Translations under genes and position numbers: made by a program
Part shown: positions 30,036 to 38,754 of the stretch, piece by piece
How the letters are laid out: every line of letters starts with the position of its first letter
How positions within the stretch are numbered: position 1 is the stretch's first letter
Notes under the pieces: generated by a model
Told to the model about the DNA's origin: nothing
Database searches by the model: none
The model's input: only the letters and a program-made list of their open reading frames with translations
Source: Actinomycetota bacterium
Lineage (GTDB): Bacteria > Actinomycetota > Humimicrobiia > Humimicrobiales > Humimicrobiaceae
Assembly: GCA_051744345.1 (NCBI GenBank)
Contig: JBNJCW010000004.1
Location: 1-55,932, forward strand
Reading direction: 5' to 3'
DNA length: 55,932 bases

Positions 30036-30857
30036 TTGGCAGAGAAATCCCCTGAAGAAAAATTATGCCTGCTGAGGGAGAAGATTAGAAGCATGGGCAG
30101 GGTTGCGGTTGCCTTTTCGGGAGGAGTGGACAGCTCCTTTCTTCTAAAGGTTTCCTCGGATACTCTGGGCAAAAATGCCATGGCCATAACCATAGATTCC
30201 CCTTCTTTTCCCCGGAAGGAACTGGACAGGGCGGCCGGGTTTGCCAGAAAATACGGGATAAGCCATGTGGTGATAAAGGCCGGCCTGGGAGGCAATAAGT
30301 TTGTTAAAAATGACCGGCTGAGGTGTTATTACTGCAAAAGCGAGGAGTTCAGGAATATAATTGAAACAGCGAAAGAATACGGGATTGGAGCTGTTTTAGA
30401 TGGCCAGAATGAAGATGATGCCGATGACTACCGGCCTGGCTCCCGCGCAGCCTCAGAACTGGGAGTAATAAGCCCCCTAAAAGACTGCCGGCTAAAAAAG
30501 CATCAGATAAGGGACCTGTCCAGGAAAATGGGGCTTTCCGGCTGGGACCGCCCTTCACTTGCCTGTCTGGCCAGCAGGGTCCCTTACGGGACAGAAATAA
30601 CCGAAAGCCTCTTAAAGATTATCGATCATTTGGAAAGCTACCTCCTGGAGAAGGGGTTTTCCCAGGTAAGGGTAAGACACCATGGACATTTAGCCAGGAT
30701 AGAGGTAGACAGGGATGAATTTAAAAAGTTTCTGGACAAAAACCTGGCGGCTGATATTGCAGAAGAATTTAAGGGGCAGGGCTATGTTTATATTACCCTT
30801 GATATTGAAGGATACCGGACGGGCAGCATGAATAAATTGATTAATCGGCCAGAATAG
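30036..30857 (+). CDS. larE: ATP-dependent sulfur transferase LarE family
   Basis: PP-loop AFSGGVDS, RCYYCK, DYRPG, ACLASRVPYG and VRVRHHG. TTG 30036 follows RBS ggaggtga (ORF track starts at 30015). Confidence 0.9.
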   Translation: MAEKSPEEKLCLLREKIRSMGRVAVAFSGGVDSSFLLKVSSDTLGKNAMAITIDSPSFPRKELDRAAGFARKYGISHVVIKAGLGGNKFVKNDRLRCYYCKSEEFRNIIETAKEYGIGAVLDGQNEDDADDYRPGSRAASELGVISPLKDCRLKKHQIRDLSRKMGLSGWDRPSLACLASRVPYGTEITESLLKIIDHLESYLLEKGFSQVRVRHHGHLARIEVDRDEFKKFLDKNLAADIAEEFKGQGYVYITLDIEGYRTGSMNKLINRPE

Positions 30858-30870
30858 GTTTGGTGGTACT

Positions 30871-31488
30871 ATGGTAGAAAAAAAGTATGACCGGAATGCA
30901 AGGTTTTATGATTTTTTTGAGTTTCCCCTTGAAAGGATGGTTTATTCGAAGTGGAGAAAAAAGTATTTTTCTCCCCTTGAGGGAAAAATACTGGAGGTGG
31001 GGGTGGGCACCGGAAAGAACATAGATTATTACCACCCTCAGGCCGAGGTTACTGCTATTGATTTTTCAGCAGGAATGCTTGAGAAGGCAAGGCGCAAGCT
31101 TGCCGCTTCAGGCAGGAAAAATGTTATCCTGGCCAAGATGGATGTGGAGGATCTTGCTTTTAAGTCCGGGCTTTTTGACTATGTTATAGCCAGTACAGTT
31201 TTCTGCTCTGTTCCCCATCCCTTGAAGGGACTGAAGGAAATAAACAGGGTGTTGAAGCCGGGAGCAAAAGCGGTGATGATAGAGCATGTCTTAAGCAAAA
31301 GGAAGGCAACCTCCTTGCTGCAGAATCTGTTTAATCCCCTGGTAAAATCCATTACCGGGGTCAGCATAAACAGGGATACAGCAGCCAGCATAAGGGAAGC
31401 AGGGATGGAGCTGGTAGCTGAAAAAGACCTGGCCATGGGTGATGTATTTAAGCTGTTTGTTGCGCAGAAAGGGCGAGCAGCAAAATAG
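30871..31488 (+). CDS. Class I SAM-dependent methyltransferase (PmtA/UbiE-like)
   Basis: ILEVGVGTG SAM motif, IDFS.GML, VFCSVP and RVLKPG. Confidence 0.88.
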   Translation: MVEKKYDRNARFYDFFEFPLERMVYSKWRKKYFSPLEGKILEVGVGTGKNIDYYHPQAEVTAIDFSAGMLEKARRKLAASGRKNVILAKMDVEDLAFKSGLFDYVIASTVFCSVPHPLKGLKEINRVLKPGAKAVMIEHVLSKRKATSLLQNLFNPLVKSITGVSINRDTAASIREAGMELVAEKDLAMGDVFKLFVAQKGRAAK

Positions 31489-31543
31489 ATGTTTTCATAA
31501 GTCCGATTATCCTATCTTTTTGATTCCTCCGCCTATTTAAGTT

Positions 31544-31571
31544 TTGACTTTTCCTATTTTAGTGATATTAT
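31544..31571 (+). promoter_or_regulatory. Putative topA promoter
   Basis: TTGACT (31544-31549), 16 bp spacer, extended -10 TGaTATTAT (31563-31571). Confidence 0.4.
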
Positions 31572-31583
31572 TTCAAATTCAAG

Positions 31584-33665
31584 GTGATTTTATTGAAACT
31601 TATAATATCTGAAAAAGAAATAGCGGCCAAAAGGATAGCTTCCATACTCTCAGGAAACGGGGTAAAGGAAGAAAAAGTCTATGGGGTGCCCACCTACGGC
31701 TTTAAACTGGATGGCACAGATTACCGGGTGATAGGGCTAAAGGGGCACATACTCAAGGTGGATTATCCCAAAAAATATGCAAACTGGTTCAAGGTTGACC
31801 CCATGGACCTCATAGATGCCGAGATAGAGAAAATGCCCATACAGAAGAAAATCATAAGGGCTTTGAGGAAGGTTGCCCGGGAAGCGGATGAGATAATCAT
31901 CGCTACCGACTATGACCGGGAAGGGGAACTGATAGGCTATGATGCGCTGAGCATTACAGAGGAGGAAAACAGTGTAGCTGTCAACAGAAGGGCCAGGTTT
32001 TCTTCAATAACTCCCCGGGAACTGGCTCAGTCTTTCGGCAAGCTGGGTAAGCTGGACTTCAATCTGGCTTTGGCCGGAAGGGCAAGGCAGGATATTGACC
32101 TGATATGGGGGGCAGCGCTTACCCGTTTTATATCCCTGGCCTCATACCAGGTAAAGGATAAATTCCTGTCTGTGGGAAGGGTGCAGACTCCGACCCTTGC
32201 CCTTATAGTGGACAGGGAGATGGAGATTAAGAATTTTAAGCCGGTTCCCTACTGGGTTATAAAGGTTTTGCTAAAGACAGAAGAAGGGGAAGAATTTGAG
32301 GCCGGGCATAAGAAAAAAAGGTTTTCCAGCAGAAAAGAAGCAGAGAAGGTTTACAATAATCTGGGAGGCAGGGGCCGGGTTGCAGAGATAAAGGAGAGGG
32401 AGAGAAAAATAGCTCCCCCCATACCTTTTAATACCACCGGCCTTATAGTGGCTGCCAACGGCATCGGGTTTACCGCCAGCAGGACCATAAATACTGCTGA
32501 AAATCTTTATATGAACGGGTATATAAGCTATCCCCGTACAGACAATACAGTTTATCCTTCTTTCCTTGATCCGGCTGAGGTGGTAAGGGAAGTAGGCAAA
32601 TCCCCGTTCTTCGGCCCCATGTGCTTAAGGGTCCTGGCCCAGGAAAAAATAAAGGCCAGCAGGGGAAGGAAGAGGTCTACCGACCATCCTCCCATATATC
32701 CCACCATGGCTGCAGGCAAAAAAGACCTTAGCGGTGATGAATGGAAGATATATGAGCTGGTGGTAAGGAGGTTCCTTGCTACCCTTATGCCCCCGGCCAG
32801 GCTCAAGGGCATATCGGCAAGGATTGACATAAACTCAGAAAGGTTTATTGCCAACGGCTCCCATCTGATGGAAAAAGGCTGGGTAGAGGTTTATCCTTAT
32901 TACAAGCATAAGGACCTCTATATCCCCCATCTTGATGAGGACCAGAGCCTGGATGTGGTTAAAAAAGACATACTGGATAAGGAAACCAAGCCTCCCGGCA
33001 GGTACACCCAGGGAAAGCTGGTGGAAAAAATGGAAGAGCTCGGGCTGGGCACCAAGGCCACCAGGCATACCATCATACAGACCCTGATAAGCCGGGGATA
33101 TGTTAAGGGCAATCCCCTGGAGCCTTTTGAGAAGGCCGTATCGGTGGTAAAGATGCTTAAAAAACACGCAGAAAAGATATCATCCCCGGATATGACCGCT
33201 GAGCTGGAAATGGATATGGACGGCATAGTGGCTGGTGATGAATCCAGGGAAGCGGTGGTCCAGAAATCAAGGGGTATGCTCAAAGAGGTAATGGCCAGGC
33301 TCAAAGATGAAAGACAAGAGATTGCCAGGGAGATAAAAAACGGCATAAAGGAAGACCTGAAAGTAGGGAAATGCCCCGCAGAAGGCTGTCCGGGGGAACT
33401 GGTGATAAGGACCTCCAAGAAAAGCAAAAAGAGGTTTATTGGCTGCAGCGCCTATCCCAATTGCAGGACCAGCTTTTCACTTCCCCAAAAAGGGCTTATA
33501 CTTACTACCAATGACAAGTGCAGGGAATGCGCATACCCTGTAATTAAGGTTATTACCAAGGGCAGAAGGCCCTGGAACCTATGCATTAATCCCGAGTGCC
33601 CGGGCAAAGATGAAAAGTATAAAAATTACAACCATAAAAAGAAAGGCAGCCCAGCTAATAACTGA
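31584..33665 (+). CDS. topA: DNA topoisomerase IA (archaeal-like type) with C-terminal Zn ribbons
   Basis: Toprim ISEK and ATDYDREGE, SVGRVQTPTL, catalytic GYISYPRT, GLGTKATR, and C-terminal CP..GC / C..YP.C Zn fingers. Confidence 0.93.
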   Translation: MILLKLIISEKEIAAKRIASILSGNGVKEEKVYGVPTYGFKLDGTDYRVIGLKGHILKVDYPKKYANWFKVDPMDLIDAEIEKMPIQKKIIRALRKVAREADEIIIATDYDREGELIGYDALSITEEENSVAVNRRARFSSITPRELAQSFGKLGKLDFNLALAGRARQDIDLIWGAALTRFISLASYQVKDKFLSVGRVQTPTLALIVDREMEIKNFKPVPYWVIKVLLKTEEGEEFEAGHKKKRFSSRKEAEKVYNNLGGRGRVAEIKERERKIAPPIPFNTTGLIVAANGIGFTASRTINTAENLYMNGYISYPRTDNTVYPSFLDPAEVVREVGKSPFFGPMCLRVLAQEKIKASRGRKRSTDHPPIYPTMAAGKKDLSGDEWKIYELVVRRFLATLMPPARLKGISARIDINSERFIANGSHLMEKGWVEVYPYYKHKDLYIPHLDEDQSLDVVKKDILDKETKPPGRYTQGKLVEKMEELGLGTKATRHTIIQTLISRGYVKGNPLEPFEKAVSVVKMLKKHAEKISSPDMTAELEMDMDGIVAGDESREAVVQKSRGMLKEVMARLKDERQEIAREIKNGIKEDLKVGKCPAEGCPGELVIRTSKKSKKRFIGCSAYPNCRTSFSLPQKGLILTTNDKCRECAYPVIKVITKGRRPWNLCINPECPGKDEKYKNYNHKKKGSPANN

Positions 33666-34467
33666 AGCCAGTTTCAGCCTGCCGCCGGATATAGTTTATG
33701 CATTAGAGGATGCCCGGTCTGCAGAGAGCAGCCCACGGGCGAAGAAAATACTGGGCTATATTTTAGAGAATGCGGAAACTGCCAGAAAGGAAAAGCTTCC
33801 CCTGTGCCAGGACTGCGGGACAGTGTATATAAGCCTGGACATAGGGCCCGGCATATGCATAGAAGAGGCCCATAGCCTGGAAGCTGGATTAAACGAAGCT
33901 GTGTCTGAAGTTTACCAAAAGGCCTATCTGAGGAAATCAATTGTATCCGATCCCCTTTTCAGGAGAAAAAATACCGGCTCAAACACGCCGGCGTCAGTAG
34001 AAACCTCTTTTGGCCCCGGGCGGGGGATAGAGATAAGCATTACCCTAAAGGGGGGAGGCAGCGAAAACTGCTCCTACCTTTTTATGTTAAATCCCTCGGC
34101 AGGAGAGAGTGAGCTGACAGAGCTGGTAAGGGATGTGGTCCAAGAAAATGTTACCAAATGCTGCCCCCCGGTAATCATAGGGGTTGGAATAGGCTCTACC
34201 GCATCCGGGGTAGTCGGCCTTGCCCGTAAGGCTAGTTTCAGGCGGCTGGACAGAAGAAATGGAAGCCGGAGGTACAGGGAACTTGAAGAGAAGATGCTCG
34301 GTGAGGTAAACAGGCTGGGTATCGGTCCTCAGGGCCTGGGGGGTTCCACCACAGCTTTGGCCTGCAATATAGAGTTTGCCCCCTGCCATATGGCCACCCT
34401 GCCGGTAGCTGTTTTTTTGGGTTGTCATTCCATGCGCAGGGCCTGTTCAAAAATATCTCCGTCGTAA
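33610..34467 (+). CDS. Fe-S hydro-lyase (fumarate/tartrate) alpha subunit
   Basis: PLCQDCG, LRKSIV.DP, KGGGSEN, CPPVIIGVGIG, GIGPQGLGG and CHMA. Confidence 0.92.
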   Translation: MKSIKITTIKRKAAQLITEASFSLPPDIVYALEDARSAESSPRAKKILGYILENAETARKEKLPLCQDCGTVYISLDIGPGICIEEAHSLEAGLNEAVSEVYQKAYLRKSIVSDPLFRRKNTGSNTPASVETSFGPGRGIEISITLKGGGSENCSYLFMLNPSAGESELTELVRDVVQENVTKCCPPVIIGVGIGSTASGVVGLARKASFRRLDRRNGSRRYRELEEKMLGEVNRLGIGPQGLGGSTTALACNIEFAPCHMATLPVAVFLGCHSMRRACSKISPS

Positions 34468-34979
34468 ATATCGTAGGCCACAAAAAGGGGAAAATTTTCC
34501 AGCTGAAGGCTGTATATGGCTTCTGCGCCCAGCTCATGGTAGGCGATCTGTTCTATTTTTTTTATCCTGGTAGAAAGGTAAGCAGCAATTCCGCCGACAG
34601 CAACGAAATAAACGGCGCAGTATTTTTTAATCATTTCCTTAAACTGGCTGCTTCTTGCCCCTTTGCCAATCATTGCCCTCAAACCGTTTTTAAGCAGTGG
34701 TTCGGTGAGGCTGTCCATGCGGGCGGCGGTGGTGGGGCCGACTGAGCCGCTTGTTTTTCCCGGCGGGGTGGGGGAGGGCCCCACATAGAATATGGTTGAG
34801 TCCTTGAGGTTTACGGGAAGGGGTTTGTTTTTCCTGATGCATTCAGCAATCCTTTTGTGGGCCATATCCCTTGCCCCGAATACCTCCCCGGTTAAAAACA
34901 CCATGTCCCCGGCCTTTAGGCTTTTTATTTTCTCCCCGGTTAAGGGGGTGCTTAGCTGTATGTCTTTATGGTTATTCAT
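34425..34979 (-). CDS. Fe-S hydro-lyase (fumarate/tartrate) beta subunit
   Basis: L.TPLT.E.I.SLKAGD.V.LTG....ARD.AH, GPTTAARMD, GKG and LGAEAI..L....FP. Real start is ATG 34979 (MNNHKD); the ORF track extension to 35090 lies inside the upstream gene. Confidence 0.92.
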   Translation of the reverse strand: MNNHKDIQLSTPLTGEKIKSLKAGDMVFLTGEVFGARDMAHKRIAECIRKNKPLPVNLKDSTIFYVGPSPTPPGKTSGSVGPTTAARMDSLTEPLLKNGLRAMIGKGARSSQFKEMIKKYCAVYFVAVGGIAAYLSTRIKKIEQIAYHELGAEAIYSLQLENFPLFVAYDIYDGDIFEQALRME

Positions 34980-35805
34980 CGAAGTCCGTATATTTGTCTT
35001 TTTTAAAGTAGTTGTCGTAGGAGTATATGGGTTTTCTGGTATCCTTGGTTCTCTTGCCTCTCCTGGAGCTGAAGGCAAGGGCGAATACAAGGAAGAGTAT
35101 AAACAGTACGATAAGGCCCAGTATCACCAGCAAAAAATAAGGGAGGAATTTGGTCCTCTTTCCTTCAATTCTTATGTCTTTTTCCTGGCCGTAACTGATA
35201 TTCCACAGGGCAATATTGCTGTTTGATACCACATCTGCATTTGAATCGACTATTTTTACCGGGAATTTTATCTGGTAGGCGATAGAGAGCATTTCCGGGT
35301 CTGCAGCCAGCAGGGCATCCAGCCGATTATAATCTGAATCCTTTTCGGTGGTGGCCAAAAGGCTTTCATCTACCAGCATGTCTACATAATCATAAAAAAA
35401 ATAGTCACTGTAAAAAAAGTAATCGCCTATGGTCATCTTAGCGTAAAACCGCCTGGGCGGCTCTTCGGAAAAATTATCTATGGAAATGTGCTGAAGAAAA
35501 TTTATGTCTTTGAAATTAATGGCTGATTTAAAATAGGTAAAATTTTCGTCCTGGTTTGTTTCTATATCGCCCTCCGGCAAAGAAGAGATGATCCTTTCAT
35601 ACAGGGTCTCATCACCGGCAAGCACGACTTCCCCCCGCTGCAGGTACTCTGTTTTTACCGCCACCTCAACCACCCTGGTTCCGCTGTAATCGGCATTGAT
35701 TTCGGTATAGATGTCTATAATGGACTGGTCGCAGGAGGTAAGAATGACAAGGAGGAAGAAAATAGCAGAAATAATTAAAATTTTTTGCCCAAGGGAAATC
35801 TCCAT
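34972..35805 (-). CDS. Putative lipoprotein with C-terminal TM anchor (LppM/DUF3153-like)
   Basis: Signal peptide with lipobox LTSC, a soluble domain, a C-terminal hydrophobic helix and a basic tail. Confidence 0.55.
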   Translation of the reverse strand: MEISLGQKILIISAIFFLLVILTSCDQSIIDIYTEINADYSGTRVVEVAVKTEYLQRGEVVLAGDETLYERIISSLPEGDIETNQDENFTYFKSAINFKDINFLQHISIDNFSEEPPRRFYAKMTIGDYFFYSDYFFYDYVDMLVDESLLATTEKDSDYNRLDALLAADPEMLSIAYQIKFPVKIVDSNADVVSNSNIALWNISYGQEKDIRIEGKRTKFLPYFLLVILGLIVLFILFLVFALAFSSRRGKRTKDTRKPIYSYDNYFKKDKYTDFDE

Positions 35806-35890
35806 TTGGCTTTAATTCTAACATATTAGATTTTTATATGATAGAAAAAAATAGGGGTTGCGGCCGGTAAAAAAAAGGAATTGGCCGGGC

Positions 35891-36658
35891 TTAAAGTAAT
35901 TGTTCAATAGCTTCGCTCAGCCCGTGGCGGTCATTGTCTGAAGTGGTATAGTCTGCATGCCTCTTTACCATTGAGGAAGCATTGCCCATGGCCACCCCGA
36001 TTTTTGCCATCCTTATCATTCCCAGGTCATTTTCTCCGTCCCCTATGGCCATAACCTGGTCCGGGGAGAGTTTGAGGTATTCCAGAATCCTTTTCAGTCC
36101 GTATGTTTTTCCTGCCCTGCGGTTAAAAATGTTTATGTAGTTTAAGCCCGAGTCCCTTACCTTGATTTCCCCGCTTATATCTTCGGCTTTTATTTTTACA
36201 TTGGAGCCATCCCTGGTCATTATGGTGCACAGAAGCACATTTTCAGCAATATGTTCAGCCAGCAGGTCATCTGTCTTTACCATCCTGTCTTTTCCCGGCA
36301 GCCCGTAAAGGTCGCTCTCATATGTCAGGCGGCCATCCATAGTGCTTACCAGAAGCTGCTGCTCCATTTTCCTGGAAAAATCAACTATAGCCCGGTAGGA
36401 GGGGGCATCTATGGGCAAATAGTCAAGCTTTTTGAGCCTGTGGTCAACTATCAGGGTACCATTGGATACCGCATGGGGGCTGGCCAGGCCCAGGCTGCTT
36501 ATTATCCTGCCTGCAGAGCGCAGGGGCTGGCCGGTAACAATGGCTACCTTTATACCCCTCTGGAGGCATTTTTGAACCGTTTCCCTGTTTTTATCGCTGA
36601 TCCTGGACCGGGAGTCAAGCAGGGTGCCGTCCAGGTCCAAAGCCAGAAGCTTAATCAT
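35891..36658 (-). CDS. Cof-type HAD-IIB family hydrolase
   Basis: ALDLDGTLL, VTG, K...L and AIGDGENDLGM. Confidence 0.92.
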   Translation of the reverse strand: MIKLLALDLDGTLLDSRSRISDKNRETVQKCLQRGIKVAIVTGQPLRSAGRIISSLGLASPHAVSNGTLIVDHRLKKLDYLPIDAPSYRAIVDFSRKMEQQLLVSTMDGRLTYESDLYGLPGKDRMVKTDDLLAEHIAENVLLCTIMTRDGSNVKIKAEDISGEIKVRDSGLNYINIFNRRAGKTYGLKRILEYLKLSPDQVMAIGDGENDLGMIRMAKIGVAMGNASSMVKRHADYTTSDNDRHGLSEAIEQLL

Positions 36659-36675
36659 ATAAAATACCCCTTCTA

Positions 36676-37239
36676 TTATTTGCCCGCGGTATAGAAAAGC
36701 TTGGCTTTCTTTTCGCCCAGGGTCCAGTACTGGCCGTCTACATAGCAGAGAGGATCAACCTTGCTGTAATCCGGCTTTCCGTCTTCTGTGTATTTTTCAT
36801 CCACATGGGTTTTTACAATTTTTCCCACAAACATCTCATGGGAGTGGAAGGGATAAACCTCCTCCAGGGTGCATTCCATGTTAATGGGGCATTCCGCTAT
36901 AAGGGGAACATCAATATCCTGGGCCTCAAATCTGGAAAGCCCGGTTAGCTCGAATTTATCAACCTTGTTTCCGTGGGTTGTGCCGCAGCGGTCTACTTCT
37001 TCCAACATCTGCTGTGTGGGTACGCATATGCCGAACTGCCTGCTCATTTTTATCAGGCGCCCGGAATATTTTCCGTTGCTTATGTTTATGTTTATAAGGT
37101 GCGGCCTGGAGTCTACGGTGCCCACCCAGGACAGGGGGATGATATTGTCTTTAATCTTTCCGTTTTCCTTCAGTCTGGCGGTCACCAGCATCACCGGCAG
37201 GGGGACTATATAATTTTTTGGTTTTTCCAATGTAAGCAT
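36676..37239 (-). CDS. Flavin reductase family protein
   Basis: PLPVMLVT, CGTTHG..VDKF, PLIAECPINMEC and HEMFVGKIV. Confidence 0.9.
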   Translation of the reverse strand: MLTLEKPKNYIVPLPVMLVTARLKENGKIKDNIIPLSWVGTVDSRPHLININISNGKYSGRLIKMSRQFGICVPTQQMLEEVDRCGTTHGNKVDKFELTGLSRFEAQDIDVPLIAECPINMECTLEEVYPFHSHEMFVGKIVKTHVDEKYTEDGKPDYSKVDPLCYVDGQYWTLGEKKAKLFYTAGK

Positions 37240-37379
37240 TTTTTCCTCCTTGTTTTGCTTAAAGGTACAGTATAGACTCTCTTTTTTTTATATCAAGCTG
37301 CCGTTTTTTTCCCTTGAGGCCATGACATAAGAGGCTGCTTGTATTAGAATGCTAACATTATATTTTTAAAACCAGGATT

Positions 37380-38588
37380 ATGGATAAAATATTCAGGATT
37401 ATAAAAATTGAGAGGATAAGCGTATCGGAAAAAGGCGTTCTGGCTTTTTCCATAGGGCAGAGGGTGATGCTGGGCATCCTCATAAACATCATCGGGCCCA
37501 TCGTCCCCCTGATTGCTGCAGACCTCGGTGTCGGGCTGGATTATATAGGGAGGACCATTTCCCTGGGCACCTTTGCGCTTCTGCTGACCTCTGTTGGCAT
37601 AGGTTACCTGGTTGAACTCTTTGGGTTTAAAAGGATAATCTTTTCGGGGATACTATTTATTATTGCCGGCTGTCTTGCCCTGTTTTTCTCTTATTCCTAT
37701 GCAGCTTTTACCCTCGCCTATTTCGTCCTGCAGTTTGGCATTGGCATAATCGGCATAAGCACCATATCCCTTATCGGCAGCCATTACTTCAAGGACCGGG
37801 CTGCCAATATACTTAAGGCCAATCTAGGCCTGGCCATAGGGGCCATAATTGCTCCCCTTATGGTCAGCCTGGCCGTAACCTATAGCTTGAGCTGGCAGGC
37901 TTTGTTCGTTTACCTGGTTATTCCCCAGGCGGGTATAACCATCATACTTTTTTCCCTGAGCATACCCAAGGCCAGGGGCAGGAAAATAAACCTGAGGGCA
38001 ATGTTTGATGAGCACAGGCATGTTATCTCCCACTCCTATATCATTCTCTGCTGTTTGGTGGCCCTGCTGTATGTATCCACCACCCAGACTTTTTATACCT
38101 GGTTTACCTCCTACTTTTCAGCCATGGATATCAGCCTGGACATAAGTTCGCTTTTTCTGGCTGTCTATGTAGGGGCCAACCTGGCGGGCATGGTGGTTAA
38201 AAACTATGCGGTTAAATTGGTGGCAGAAAAAAGGTTGCTTCTGGCAAGCATAATGGCCTCCTTTACCTTTCTGCTTTTAGCTTTCCTTATCCCCCACCTT
38301 GCAGCCAAGGTTGTTTTCATATTCCTTTTCGGGATAAGCATTTCCGGCAACTTCTCGCTGACCTTTTCCATGAGCCTTGGCATCGGCCAGAAATTTACCA
38401 ATTCAATTTCGGGGTTTCTGCATGCCTCTGCCTATGGCGGGCTGGTGCTTTTCCAGTACCTTAGCGGTTATCTTTCAGAATACTTTTCCAAGGACAGCGT
38501 GCTGTATATAGATCTGGGACTTCTGGGGGCATTGTTTTTTGTGGTGCTTGCCCTAAACGTTAAAAAATTCGGCAGGCAAGCTGCTTAG
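37380..38588 (+). CDS. MFS transporter
   Basis: 12 predicted TM helices. GYLVELFGFKR loop motif. Confidence 0.85.
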   Translation: MDKIFRIIKIERISVSEKGVLAFSIGQRVMLGILINIIGPIVPLIAADLGVGLDYIGRTISLGTFALLLTSVGIGYLVELFGFKRIIFSGILFIIAGCLALFFSYSYAAFTLAYFVLQFGIGIIGISTISLIGSHYFKDRAANILKANLGLAIGAIIAPLMVSLAVTYSLSWQALFVYLVIPQAGITIILFSLSIPKARGRKINLRAMFDEHRHVISHSYIILCCLVALLYVSTTQTFYTWFTSYFSAMDISLDISSLFLAVYVGANLAGMVVKNYAVKLVAEKRLLLASIMASFTFLLLAFLIPHLAAKVVFIFLFGISISGNFSLTFSMSLGIGQKFTNSISGFLHASAYGGLVLFQYLSGYLSEYFSKDSVLYIDLGLLGALFFVVLALNVKKFGRQAA

Positions 38589-38690
38589 AAAAATGTTTTA
38601 TTTAAGGCCGTAGCCCTTGGCCTTAAGCTTGCTGCTGTTACAAAAAATTTTGGTTTAAAAGCAAGCTGTTTTGGAAACAAAATCATTTGA

Positions 38691-38719
38691 TTGACGTTTA
38701 TATTTAATGTTGTTAGCAT
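38691..38719 (+). promoter_or_regulatory. Putative promoter of the activase fusion gene
   Basis: TTGACG (38691-38696), 17 bp spacer, TAGCAT (38714-38719) with TG extension at 38711-38712. Supports a start at ATG 38755. Confidence 0.5.
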
Positions 38720-38754
38720 TACAAAATGACTCTGTTAACTTAACCAAGGACAAG

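Noticed and set aside
34980-35090. N-terminal extension of the hydro-lyase beta ORF in the track
   Set aside because: It lies inside the upstream lipoprotein gene; homology begins at MNNHKD (ATG 34979).
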